In this document: positions 50,254-59,597 of the stretch, piece by piece
How the letters are laid out: the number at the start of each line of letters is the position of its first letter
Numbering within the stretch: the stretch's first letter is position 1
Source: Lachnospiraceae bacterium UBA3310
GTDB lineage: Bacteria; Bacillota; Clostridia; Lachnospirales; Lachnospiraceae
Direction of reading: 5' to 3'
Length of the DNA: 64,000 bases
Assembly: GCA_002361355.1 (NCBI GenBank)
Contig: DESQ01000029.1
Location: 21,141 to 85,140 of the forward strand
Notes under the pieces: generated by a model
Database searches by the model: none
Told to the model about the DNA's origin: nothing
The model's input: the letters and a program-made list of their open reading frames with translations, nothing else
Position numbers and translations under genes: made by a program

Positions 50254-50398
50254 AATTTACTTTTGAGCCTTACTATGCTATACTATCATAGCTGTTAAGG
50301 CTCTTTTTGAGTCGTTTCGTGATAGAACTGCCTTTGATAGTAAAAAATAAAATTGAGTAAATGATGGAGGAATAAGATATTATGAAGCTGGGCATCGT
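50254..50398 (+). promoter_or_regulatory. Copy 2: functional ychF promoter and leader
   Basis: TTTACT-17 bp-TATACT with an extended TG, leader, GGAGG RBS. Confidence 0.8.
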
Positions 50399-51479
50399 GG
50401 GGCTTCCCAACGTGGGCAAGAGCACCCTTTTTAACTCTTTGACAAAGGCTGGCGCAGAATCCGCCAACTATCCTTTTTGCACTATCGACCCGAATATCGG
50501 TATCGTGACGGTGCCCGATGAGCGGCTGAAACTTTTGGGGGATATGTACCACTCCAAGAAGGTGACTCCCGCTACCATAGAGTTTGTGGATATCGCAGGA
50601 CTGGTGAAGGGCGCTTCCAAGGGGGAGGGTCTTGGCAATCAGTTTTTGAGCAATATCCGTGAGGTGGACGCCATCGTCCATGTGGTGCGGTGCTTTGAGG
50701 ACGGCAACATCGTTCATGTGGACGGTTCTATCGACCCGCTCAGGGATATCGAGACCATCAATTTGGAGTTGATTTTTTCTGATATAGAAATTTTGGAGCG
50801 CAGGATGGCAAAGACCGCAAAGGTCGCCAAGATGGATAAGACGGCGGCGAAAGAGTATGCGCTCCTCACGCGGATCAAGGCGCATCTGGAGGACGGAAAG
50901 CTGGCGCGTGTGTTTGAGACGGAGGATGAGGATGAACTGGCTCTTCTTACGTCCTATAACCTGCTCACCTACAAGCCGGTGATTTTTGCGGCAAATGTGG
51001 CGGAGGATGATCTGGCGGACGACGGTGAGAGCAATGATGGCGTGAAAAAGGTTAAAAACTTCGCGGCAGAAAACGGCAGCGAGGTGTTTGTGATCTGCGC
51101 CCAGATCGAGCAGGAGATTGCGGAGCTGGACGAGGAGGAGACGGCCATGTTCCTCGAGGATCTGGGGCTCAAGGAGTCCGGACTGCAGAAGCTGATCCGC
51201 GCAAGCTATCAGTTATTGGGGCTTATGAGCTTCCTGACGGCGGGAGAAGATGAGACGAGAGCCTGGACGATCAAGGTGGGAACCAAGGCGCCTCAGGCGG
51301 CCGGAAAGATACATACCGATTTTGAGAGAGGCTTCATCAAGGCGGAGGTAGTCAACTACAAGGATCTGCTGGAACAGGGTTCTCTTGCGGCGGCGAGGGA
51401 GAAGGGTCTCGTAGGTATGGAAGGAAAAGAGTATGTGGTTCAGGACGGCGACGTGATCCTGTTTCGATTTAACGTATAG
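50382..51479 (+). CDS. ychF: Redox-regulated ATPase YchF
   Basis: GLPNVGKST, YPFCTIDPN, DIAGLVKGASKGEGLGNQFL and a TGS C-terminus. Confidence 0.97.
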   Translation: MKLGIVGLPNVGKSTLFNSLTKAGAESANYPFCTIDPNIGIVTVPDERLKLLGDMYHSKKVTPATIEFVDIAGLVKGASKGEGLGNQFLSNIREVDAIVHVVRCFEDGNIVHVDGSIDPLRDIETINLELIFSDIEILERRMAKTAKVAKMDKTAAKEYALLTRIKAHLEDGKLARVFETEDEDELALLTSYNLLTYKPVIFAANVAEDDLADDGESNDGVKKVKNFAAENGSEVFVICAQIEQEIAELDEEETAMFLEDLGLKESGLQKLIRASYQLLGLMSFLTAGEDETRAWTIKVGTKAPQAAGKIHTDFERGFIKAEVVNYKDLLEQGSLAAAREKGLVGMEGKEYVVQDGDVILFRFNV

Positions 51480-51490
51480 GTGGACGAAGT

Positions 51491-52381
51491 ATGCAGGATA
51501 TTATGGGCAATATGGATATAGCCTTCCCCAACTTGGGAATTTATTTGCGGAATGTGCCGAAGTCATTCTCAGTCTTTGGTTTTACGATTGCGTTTTACGG
51601 TGTGATCATAGCGATCGGTGTGCTGGGCGGGGTGCTTCTGGCGGCGCACGTGGCGAAATTGGAAAAGCTGGACGCTGATGTGATCTGGGATTTTGCCATC
51701 TATGCGATTATTTTTTCGATTATAGGGGCGAGGGTCTACTATGTGGTTTTTTCCTGGGACAGGTATAAGGATGACCTGCTCAGTGTGTTTAATTTGAGAA
51801 ATGGCGGCCTTGCCATCTACGGTGCGGTGATTGCGGCCTTTCTTACCATGTGGATTTACTGCCGGAAGAAAAAGCAGAGCTTTTTACAGCTTGCGGATAT
51901 CTGCGTGCCGGGGCTGGTACTCGGTCAGGTGATCGGCCGGTGGGGTAATTTCACAAACAGGGAGGTTTTCGGGGAGTACACGGACAGCCTTCTTGCCATG
52001 CGGCTTCCCACTCAGATGGTCAGGGCGGGAGATATCTCAGAGACGATTGCGGCGCATATGGCGGAGGGGACGAATTATATTCAGGTGCATCCCACATTTC
52101 TTTACGAGAGCCTGTGGAATCTGGCGCTGCTTGTGTTATTGCTTTTTTATCGGAAACACAAAAAGTTTGAGGGGGAACAGTGGCTTTTGTATCTGGGCGG
52201 TTATGGCCTTGGCAGGGCATGGATCGAGGGCATCCGCACTGATACCCTGTTTATTCCCCACACAACGATAGCGGTGTCGCAGGTCTTGGCGGCTGCCCTT
52301 TTTGTCGTGTCGCTTATGGCGGATCTTTTCGTCAGGAGACGCCTGAAAAAGAGCGGCGCCCCTACAGAAAAAATTCAGTAG
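51491..52381 (+). CDS. lgt: Prolipoprotein diacylglyceryl transferase
   Basis: FYG, GARVYYV, GGLAIYG, IGRWGNFTNRE and HPTFLYES. Confidence 0.95.
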   Translation: MQDIMGNMDIAFPNLGIYLRNVPKSFSVFGFTIAFYGVIIAIGVLGGVLLAAHVAKLEKLDADVIWDFAIYAIIFSIIGARVYYVVFSWDRYKDDLLSVFNLRNGGLAIYGAVIAAFLTMWIYCRKKKQSFLQLADICVPGLVLGQVIGRWGNFTNREVFGEYTDSLLAMRLPTQMVRAGDISETIAAHMAEGTNYIQVHPTFLYESLWNLALLVLLLFYRKHKKFEGEQWLLYLGGYGLGRAWIEGIRTDTLFIPHTTIAVSQVLAAALFVVSLMADLFVRRRLKKSGAPTEKIQ

Positions 52382-52402
52382 ATATGGCATAGAATAAAAA
52401 AC

Positions 52403-52436
52403 GAAGACACATGGTCGAAAGATCATGTGTTTTTTT
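52403..52436 (+). terminator. Intrinsic terminator after lgt
   Basis: AAGACACATGGTC-GAAA-GATCATGTGTTTT followed by TTT. Confidence 0.85.
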
Positions 52437-52455
52437 ATATTTCTTAGATTTTTCC

Positions 52456-52528
52456 TTGCATTATCCCCGTAAATAGTATAAAATGGGATTAAAAGTGGTG
52501 AAAAGTGGAACAAAGTGGTTTAAAGTGG
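52456..52528 (+). promoter_or_regulatory. dcw promoter with four MraZ-binding repeats
   Basis: TTGCAT-17 bp-TAAAAT; AAAGTGG at 52492, 52502, 52512 and 52522 (10-bp period). Confidence 0.9.
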
Positions 52529-52614
52529 CAGAAGATTCCCCTTTTCGTGGCAGACCACTTTCTTATCAGAGAAAGCGCAGTGTACAGTGTTACAGGCGGG
52601 CAGGGTGATTGCAC

Positions 52615-53046
52615 ATGTTCATGGGAGAATACAATCACACAATTGACGCGAAAGGCAGACTGATCGTCCCTTCGAAATTCAGGGAGATTCTGGGAGATGT
52701 ATTCGTGGTAACCAAGGGATTGGACGGCTGCCTGTTTGTGTATGATAACGAAGAGTGGAAGCTCTTTGAAGAGAAATTGAGAGCCCTGCCCATCACCAAC
52801 AAGGAGGCCAGACAGTTCGTGAGGTTCTTTCTGGCGGGCGCCACGGAGGCGGAAGTAGACAAGCAGGGAAGAATCCTGATTCCCAATGTCCTGCGGGAGT
52901 TCGCGGGAATCACCAAGGATGTGGTGCTTGTGGGCGTAGGCAGCAGGATAGAGATCTGGGGCAGAGAACGATTTGAGGATACGGCAGCCTTTGACGATAT
53001 GGACGAGATCGCGGAGCACATGGCGCAGCTCGGACTTGGGATATAG
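52615..53046 (+). CDS. mraZ: Division/cell wall cluster repressor MraZ
   Basis: [19 protein letters not shown] and DKQGRILIP. Confidence 0.96.
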   Translation: MFMGEYNHTIDAKGRLIVPSKFREILGDVFVVTKGLDGCLFVYDNEEWKLFEEKLRALPITNKEARQFVRFFLAGATEAEVDKQGRILIPNVLREFAGITKDVVLVGVGSRIEIWGRERFEDTAAFDDMDEIAEHMAQLGLGI

Positions 53047-53066
53047 AAGATACAGGTGACAGAGAG

Positions 53067-54005
53067 ATGGAATTTAGGCACACCTCGGTGCTTCTTGGGG
53101 AGACCATAGAAAATCTGGATATCAAACCGGAAGGGATTTATCTGGATGGGACATTGGGCGGAGGCGGACATGCCTCGGCAGTGGCCTCTCGGTTAAGGGG
53201 AGCGGGCCGGCTCATTGGCATTGATCAGGATGAGGATGCCATCGCGGCGGCAGGGGAGCGGTTGAAGCCATATGGAGAACGGGTCACACTGATTCGCGAC
53301 AACTACGCAAATGCGGTGGAAGCGCTTGCAGGGATTGGGATTTACGGGGTGGATGGCATTGTGTTGGATCTGGGGGTATCCTCTTATCAGTTGGATAATG
53401 AAGAGAGGGGTTTTTCCTACCGGTATGACACCGCCCTTGATATGAGGATGGACAGAAGGCAGTCCTTAAGCGCGAAAGAAATTATAAACGGGTATCCGGA
53501 AGCGGAACTTGTCCGTATCCTGCGGGATTACGGCGAGGAAAAATTTGCAAAGAATATAGCGAAACATATTGTGGCAGCCAGAAGGAACAAGCCTCTGGAG
53601 ACCACAGGAGAGTTAAATGAGATTATAAAGGCGGCGATTCCGGCAAAGATGAGGGCCGTGGGGGGACATCCTTCAAAGAGAACCTTCCAGGCGGTCAGGA
53701 TCGAGTGCAACAGGGAGTTGGAAGCGCTTAAAAGTTCTCTGGACGGGCTGATTGCTCTCCTGAACCCGGGCGGAAGGATCTGTGTGATCACGTTCCATTC
53801 ATTGGAAGATCGGATTGTGAAATCCGCTTTCCGAAAAAATGAAAATCCATGTACATGTCCGCCGGATTTCCCGGTATGCGTGTGCGGTAAGGTGTCAAAG
53901 GGCACTGTGATTACGAAAAAACCGATTCTGCCGACAGAGCGGGAGATGGAAGAAAATAGCCGGGCTAAGAGTGCAAAGCTTCGGGTTTTTATGAAAAAAG
54001 TTTAA
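53067..54005 (+). CDS. rsmH: 16S rRNA m4C1402 methyltransferase
   Basis: [25 protein letters not shown] and FHSLEDR. Confidence 0.96.
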   Translation: MEFRHTSVLLGETIENLDIKPEGIYLDGTLGGGGHASAVASRLRGAGRLIGIDQDEDAIAAAGERLKPYGERVTLIRDNYANAVEALAGIGIYGVDGIVLDLGVSSYQLDNEERGFSYRYDTALDMRMDRRQSLSAKEIINGYPEAELVRILRDYGEEKFAKNIAKHIVAARRNKPLETTGELNEIIKAAIPAKMRAVGGHPSKRTFQAVRIECNRELEALKSSLDGLIALLNPGGRICVITFHSLEDRIVKSAFRKNENPCTCPPDFPVCVCGKVSKGTVITKKPILPTEREMEENSRAKSAKLRVFMKKV

Positions 54006-54020
54006 AGGGGAAATAAGGAA

Positions 54021-54479
54021 ATGGCAGCAACGCGGCAAAATGCATATTATGTGCATGGCAACACGGTGAGAAAGATCCGGCCGGATCGGGAAATCACAAG
54101 AGAACCGAAGAAAAAGGTTAATAACAGTGTGAGAAGAAACAGGGACCGTGCAAAGAACATGAATGCAGGTTATGTTTTATTTTTGGGAATGGCACTTGTT
54201 GCAACGGGTATTATTCTGGTATACTATATAGGGCTGCAATCGGATATCACAAACAGCGTGAAGCATATTTCTACGCTGGAGAGCCAGTTGAATGATTTGA
54301 AGGTTGCGAATGAGGAGAATTACAGCAGGATTTCCAGCAGCGTGGATCTGGAGGAAATCCGGAGGATTGCGATACAGGAGCTTGGGATGCAGTATGCGCA
54401 GGAAGGACAGATTATTTCCTTCACCAGCGAGAATAACGATTATGTAAAACAGATGGCGGAGATCCCAAAGCAGGATTAA
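54021..54479 (+). CDS. ftsL: Cell division protein FtsL-like
   Basis: Single TM plus coiled coil, AIQELGM; position between rsmH and a PBP gene. Confidence 0.8.
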   Translation: MAATRQNAYYVHGNTVRKIRPDREITREPKKKVNNSVRRNRDRAKNMNAGYVLFLGMALVATGIILVYYIGLQSDITNSVKHISTLESQLNDLKVANEENYSRISSSVDLEEIRRIAIQELGMQYAQEGQIISFTSENNDYVKQMAEIPKQD

Positions 54480-54491
54480 GTAGGTGATTTT

Positions 54492-56774
54492 TTGGCTGGA
54501 CAGAAAAGAGGTTCCGTATTAAAATTTACGATCAAAATGCAGAAGAAACTGGTGGTATTGTACCTGTTTGTTCTGGCAGCCTTCGTGGGACTCAGCGTGA
54601 GACTGTTTTTGATCAACAGAGATAATGGGGAAGAGTACAAGAAACAGGTATTGTCACATCAGGAATACGATTCTGTGACAATACCTTTTAAACGTGGCGA
54701 AATTCTGGATGCTAACGGCACGGTTCTGGCGGTGAGCAATAAGGTTTACAATGTTATTCTGGATACGAAGCTGCTTCTTCGGAAGGAGGATTATCTGGAG
54801 CCTACCCTGAGCGCGTTGAAGCGTTTTTTTGATATTGATACAAGCGCGGTGAGGGCTTATATCGCGGAACATCCGGACTCTTCCTACTATGTCATGGCAA
54901 AGCGGGTGGAGTACGAGAAGAAGGCGGCTTTTGAGGAGTTTTGCGCGGACGAGGAGCAGGGGAAGAATATCAGGGGTGTCTGGTTTGAGGACGAGTATAA
55001 GAGAGAGTATCCAAACGGCTCTCTTGCCTGTGACGTGATCGGGTTTACTACAGGTGACAATGCGGGTACTTACGGTCTGGAAGAGTACTATAACGATACT
55101 TTGAGCGGCATAAACGGGCGGCAGTATGGCTACTTAAATGATGACTCTACATTGGAGCGCACTACCATAGCGGCAAGAGACGGCAATAACGTTCAGATTA
55201 CCATAGACGCGAACATCCAGACCATTGTGGAAAAATACCTGAAAGCGTTTAACGAGGAGTACAAGGACGGCGTGCATCCCGGTAACGGTGCGGAAAATAT
55301 CGGCTGTATCATCATGGATCCGGATACGGCGAACATACTCGCCATGGCAAGCTATCCGAGTTTTGATTTAAACGATGTCAGAAATACGGAGAATCTGCTG
55401 GGCATGCCGTTACTTGACAAGGATGGAAAGCAGGTAAGGCCCAGAGAGTATGTGACGGAAGAAGCCATAGAGGCGATGAATGACGAAGTCATGTACCAGC
55501 ATCTGAACGCGCTGTGGAAAAATTTCTGTATCGCAGATTCCTATGAACCCGGTTCGGTTGCCAAGCCCTTTACGGTGGCGGCGGCGTTGGAGAGCGGCTC
55601 CATTAACGGAAATGAGACTTATCTGTGCGAGGGCGAGCTTCATGTGGGCGATCATGATATCAAATGCCACCAGAAATACGGGGACGGTGTTCTTACGGTA
55701 CAGCAGGGCATTGAGCGCTCCTGCAACGTGGTTTTGATGAACGTGGCTTTTGCCATCGGGAAAGACAAGTTTATTGATTACCAGCACATTTTTAACTTCG
55801 GTTTGCGGACGAACATAGACCTGGCGGGTGAGGCAAGGACTGACGCCGTGGTTTTTAACAAAAATACCATGGGCATTACAGATCTTGCCACCAATTCTTT
55901 CGGACAGGGCTTTAACGCCACCATGATCCAGATGATCACGGGATTCTGCTCCCTGATTAACGGCGGCAATTATTATGCGCCCCATCTGGCAAGCAGGATC
56001 ACCACGGCGGACGGCGCTACCATTGAAAACATCGAGCCGAGACTTTTGAAACAGACCATATCTCAGTCCACCAGCGATACGGTGAAGGAGTTTTGTAATA
56101 CGGTGGTGACCGGAGAGTTTGGTACCGGTAAGACTGCCAGACCCGCGGGTTATATGATTGGCGGAAAGACAGGAACCGCAGAGACCCTGCCGCGAGGCAA
56201 TAATGAATATGTGGTTTCCTTCATGGGATACGCGCCGGCGGATGATCCCCAGGTTGTCATTTATGTGGTGGTGGACAGGCCGAATGTGGCGATACAGGAT
56301 AATGCCAGATATGCAACCAAAGTTGTCAGAAATATTTTGACGGAGGTTCTTCCCTATCTGAATATCTTTATGACGGAGGAACTGAGCGACAAGGAGAGGG
56401 AGGAGTTAGAGCAGCTCCAGATTCAGATCAGACAGCCCCAGACAACCGATGAAGAAGGCGAAGAGCTGGATGAGGAGGGCAATCCGATTCCGCCCAAAGA
56501 GGGTCAGGAGGGCGAGACCGGGGAGGGCGCACCCGCGGAAGGAGAAGAAGGCGGGGAGGAAGAACAGCCGAAGGTGAATGAAGAGTGGAAAAATTTCCCC
56601 GTGGATCCTGCGACGGGCTATCTGGTAGACCCGACGACCGGCAATTATATGGATCCCCAGCTTGGCACGGTGATGAGCGGCGGCAGTCTTTTGGGAGAGG
56701 GGACTGAGGAGGCGCCTGAGTCTGTGACTGGTGAAGAGCCTGCCGGGGAAGGCGAATCTGAGGAAACAGAATAG
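54492..56774 (+). CDS. Class B penicillin-binding protein (FtsI-like) with an acidic tail
   Basis: RGEILDANG, EPGSVAK (SxxK), SCN and KTG; TTG start. Confidence 0.92.
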   Translation: MAGQKRGSVLKFTIKMQKKLVVLYLFVLAAFVGLSVRLFLINRDNGEEYKKQVLSHQEYDSVTIPFKRGEILDANGTVLAVSNKVYNVILDTKLLLRKEDYLEPTLSALKRFFDIDTSAVRAYIAEHPDSSYYVMAKRVEYEKKAAFEEFCADEEQGKNIRGVWFEDEYKREYPNGSLACDVIGFTTGDNAGTYGLEEYYNDTLSGINGRQYGYLNDDSTLERTTIAARDGNNVQITIDANIQTIVEKYLKAFNEEYKDGVHPGNGAENIGCIIMDPDTANILAMASYPSFDLNDVRNTENLLGMPLLDKDGKQVRPREYVTEEAIEAMNDEVMYQHLNALWKNFCIADSYEPGSVAKPFTVAAALESGSINGNETYLCEGELHVGDHDIKCHQKYGDGVLTVQQGIERSCNVVLMNVAFAIGKDKFIDYQHIFNFGLRTNIDLAGEARTDAVVFNKNTMGITDLATNSFGQGFNATMIQMITGFCSLINGGNYYAPHLASRITTADGATIENIEPRLLKQTISQSTSDTVKEFCNTVVTGEFGTGKTARPAGYMIGGKTGTAETLPRGNNEYVVSFMGYAPADDPQVVIYVVVDRPNVAIQDNARYATKVVRNILTEVLPYLNIFMTEELSDKEREELEQLQIQIRQPQTTDEEGEELDEEGNPIPPKEGQEGETGEGAPAEGEEGGEEEQPKVNEEWKNFPVDPATGYLVDPTTGNYMDPQLGTVMSGGSLLGEGTEEAPESVTGEEPAGEGESEETE

Positions 56775-56843
56775 CAGGAAGTGAGAATAACCTCATAAAA
56801 AGGATAATAGATTATATTAATACCTTTTTGTGAGGTTATCTTT

Positions 56844-58589
56844 ATGGATGACAAGATGAACCAGAGAACCTATCACAGGAGCAAGACGGTGACTGTGTTT
56901 TTCCTGTGTGCGCTGGTGCTTTTTGGTCTGGTGGGGAGATTGGTCTATCTGATGGTATTTCAATCGGAGTATTACACGCTAAAAGCCAGGGAGCTTCATG
57001 AGAGGGAGAGAAGCATCAAAGCGGCGAGAGGACGCATCATAGATGCCAACGGTAAAATTCTGGCGGACAACAAGACGGTCTGCACGATCTCTGTGATTCA
57101 CAGCCAGATTACGGATGCGGAGGAAGTGATCACCGTGCTTACGGAGGAGCTGGGGCTGTCGGAAGATTATGTCAGGAAGCGGGTGGAGAAGTACTCCTCC
57201 ATCGAGAAGATAAAGAGCAATGTGGATAAGGCGACGGGGGATGTTATCAGAAGCTATGCCCTTGACGGCGTCAAGGTGGATGAAGATTACAAGCGCTATT
57301 ACCCGTACGATACGCTGGCATCCAAAGCGCTGGGCTTTACCGGCGGGGATAATCAGGGCATTATCGGACTGGAAGTGATCTATGAGGAATATCTCAAAGG
57401 AGAAGCGGGAACGATCTTAACGGTGACGGATGCAAAGGGTGTTGAGCAGGATGAGGAGGGAGAGGAGCGGGTGGAGCCTGTGAGCGGCCGCGATCTCTAT
57501 ATCAGTCTGGACATCAATATTCAGAGCTACGCCACCCAGCTTGCAAAACAGACGATGGAGACCAAGGAGGCTGACCGCGTGTCCATTTTGGTCATGAATC
57601 CGCAGAACGGGGAAATTCTGGCCATGGTGGATGTGCCGGAGTTTGACTTAAACAATCCTTATACGCTGCCAAACGGAATGGATGCCTATTCCTTTTCTGA
57701 AAAGAAAAGACAGGAACTTTTAAACGCCATGTGGAGAAACGGCTGCATAAACGACACTTATGAGCCGGGTTCCACTTTCAAGATTATTACGGCGGCTGCC
57801 GGATTGGAGTCCGGTGCGGTGAAGCCGGAAGATACCTTTAATTGTCCCGGTTTTATTATGGTGGAGGACAGAAAGATCCGCTGCCATAAAGTGGGCGGCC
57901 ATGGCGCGGAGACTTTTGTGCAGGGCACTATGAATTCCTGCAATCCCGTCTTTATCACGGTGGGACTGCGGATTGGCGTGGAGCGGTATTACTCTTATTT
58001 CAGGCAGTTCGGTCTTCTTGACAAGACGGGGATAGACCTTCCGGGGGAGGCCGGCACTATTATGCACAAGATGGAAAATATCGGGCCGGTGGAGCTGGCG
58101 ACCATCTCTTTCGGGCAGTCCTTTCAGATTACGCCGATTCAGCTTGCCACCACAGCGTCTTCCATTGTGAACGGCGGCAGGCGTGTCACGCCCCATTTTG
58201 CTGTGCGGGCGGTATCGGCGGACGGTACGGACAGCCAGTCTTTTACTTATCCGGTGAGAGAGAATGTAGTGTCCGCGGAGACCTCCGAGACCATGCGGTA
58301 TATTTTGGAGCAGGTAGTGGCGGAAGGAAGCGGCAAAAACGGTGCGGTGGAAGGATACCGTGTGGGCGGCAAGACGGCGACCAGCCAGACCCTGCCCCGT
58401 GGGAGCGGCAAATATATCGCTTCTTTCTTAGGGTTTGCGCCGGCGGATGATCCGCAGGTTTTGGCGCTGGCGATCATTCATAATCCCAAGGGAACCTACT
58501 ATGGCGGACAGATTGCCGCACCGGTTGTCAGGCAGCTCTTTGAGAATATTCTTCCCTATTTGGAAAAAAAGGACTATAATCGAACATGA
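56844..58589 (+). CDS. spoVD: Class B PBP, SpoVD-like
   Basis: RGRIIDANG, EPGSTFK, SCN and KTA; second PBP in the cluster with a sigma-E-like promoter. Confidence 0.75.
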   Translation: MDDKMNQRTYHRSKTVTVFFLCALVLFGLVGRLVYLMVFQSEYYTLKARELHERERSIKAARGRIIDANGKILADNKTVCTISVIHSQITDAEEVITVLTEELGLSEDYVRKRVEKYSSIEKIKSNVDKATGDVIRSYALDGVKVDEDYKRYYPYDTLASKALGFTGGDNQGIIGLEVIYEEYLKGEAGTILTVTDAKGVEQDEEGEERVEPVSGRDLYISLDINIQSYATQLAKQTMETKEADRVSILVMNPQNGEILAMVDVPEFDLNNPYTLPNGMDAYSFSEKKRQELLNAMWRNGCINDTYEPGSTFKIITAAAGLESGAVKPEDTFNCPGFIMVEDRKIRCHKVGGHGAETFVQGTMNSCNPVFITVGLRIGVERYYSYFRQFGLLDKTGIDLPGEAGTIMHKMENIGPVELATISFGQSFQITPIQLATTASSIVNGGRRVTPHFAVRAVSADGTDSQSFTYPVRENVVSAETSETMRYILEQVVAEGSGKNGAVEGYRVGGKTATSQTLPRGSGKYIASFLGFAPADDPQVLALAIIHNPKGTYYGGQIAAPVVRQLFENILPYLEKKDYNRT

Positions 58590-58615
58590 ACGATATCTTT
58601 TTTTTTGGAGGAAGT

Positions 58616-59575
58616 ATGAACAGTGTAATTCTGATTTCTGTATTAGTATCATTTGCGATCAGTGTACTGCTTGGGCCGGTAGTGATTCCGTTTCTGCGGC
58701 GGCTGCACATCGGGCAGACGGAACGGACGGAGGGGCCGGAGAGCCATCTGAAGAAAAACGGCACGCCTACTATGGGAGGCATTTTAATTCTGGTCAGCGT
58801 AGTGGCTACATCCCTTCTTTTTGTGCGGGATTATCCGCGGATCATTCCAGTTTTGTTTCTCACGCTGGGATTCGGGCTTGTAGGTTTTCTGGATGACTAT
58901 ATCAAAGTGGTTTTGAGACGTTCCATGGGACTGCGGGCATGGCAGAAGTTTGCTTTACAGATTTTGGTGACGGGAGTTTTTGTTTTTTACCTGCTGCATT
59001 ATACAGATGTCTCGCTGGCGATGAAAGTGCCCTTTTTTACAGGAGTGTATCTGGATTTCGGGTGGTTTAATATTCCGATTCTGTTTTTTGTTGTAATTGG
59101 TACAGTAAACGGTACGAACTTCACGGACGGACTGGACGGACTGGCAAGCTCTGTGACGGTGCTGGTGGCGACTTTCTTTACGGTGGTGGCTATCGGGACG
59201 AACAGCGGTATCGAACCGATCACCTGTGCGGTGGTTGGTGCGCTCTTGGGGTTTTTGTTGTTCAACGTGCATCCGGCCAGTGTGTTTATGGGAGACACGG
59301 GATCTCTTGCGCTGGGCGGTTTTGTGGCGGCCACGGCTATTATGATGCAGATGCCGCTCTTTATTGTGATTGTGGGACTGATCTATATGGTTGAGGTTTT
59401 GTCCGTAATGATACAGGTCACTTACTTTAAAGCGACCGGCGGTAAGCGTATCTTTAAAATGGCGCCGATCCACCATCATTTTGAGCTTTGTGGGTGGTCG
59501 GAGACGCGGGTTGTCGCAGTGTTTTCGATTGTGACGGCATTGCTTTGTCTGGTGGCATTATTTGGGATAGCGTGA
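58616..59575 (+). CDS. mraY: Phospho-N-acetylmuramoyl-pentapeptide transferase
   Basis: GTPTMGG, GFLDD, NFTDGLDGL, FMGDTGS and APIHHHFE. Confidence 0.97.
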   Translation: MNSVILISVLVSFAISVLLGPVVIPFLRRLHIGQTERTEGPESHLKKNGTPTMGGILILVSVVATSLLFVRDYPRIIPVLFLTLGFGLVGFLDDYIKVVLRRSMGLRAWQKFALQILVTGVFVFYLLHYTDVSLAMKVPFFTGVYLDFGWFNIPILFFVVIGTVNGTNFTDGLDGLASSVTVLVATFFTVVAIGTNSGIEPITCAVVGALLGFLLFNVHPASVFMGDTGSLALGGFVAATAIMMQMPLFIVIVGLIYMVEVLSVMIQVTYFKATGGKRIFKMAPIHHHFELCGWSETRVVAVFSIVTALLCLVALFGIA

Positions 59576-59597
59576 AAAGCGTATGGAGGAGGTTCAC

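Larger units (their letters stand above)
48964..50398. mobile_element. Degenerate integrative element / genomic islet at the ychF 5' end (no integrase)
   Basis: Bounded by the duplicated ychF 5' region (shared GGCATCGT); AT-rich; arm-site-like direct repeats; single cargo gene dinD. Confidence 0.6.

Noticed and set aside
52492-52528. Short periodic repeats as a CRISPR array or iterons
   Set aside because: 7-bp units with 3-bp spacers upstream of mraZ match the known MraZ operator.
58598-58606. T9 tract before mraY as a phase-variation site
   Set aside because: It lies upstream of the RBS of an essential gene and outside the true CDS, so length changes would not shift the frame.
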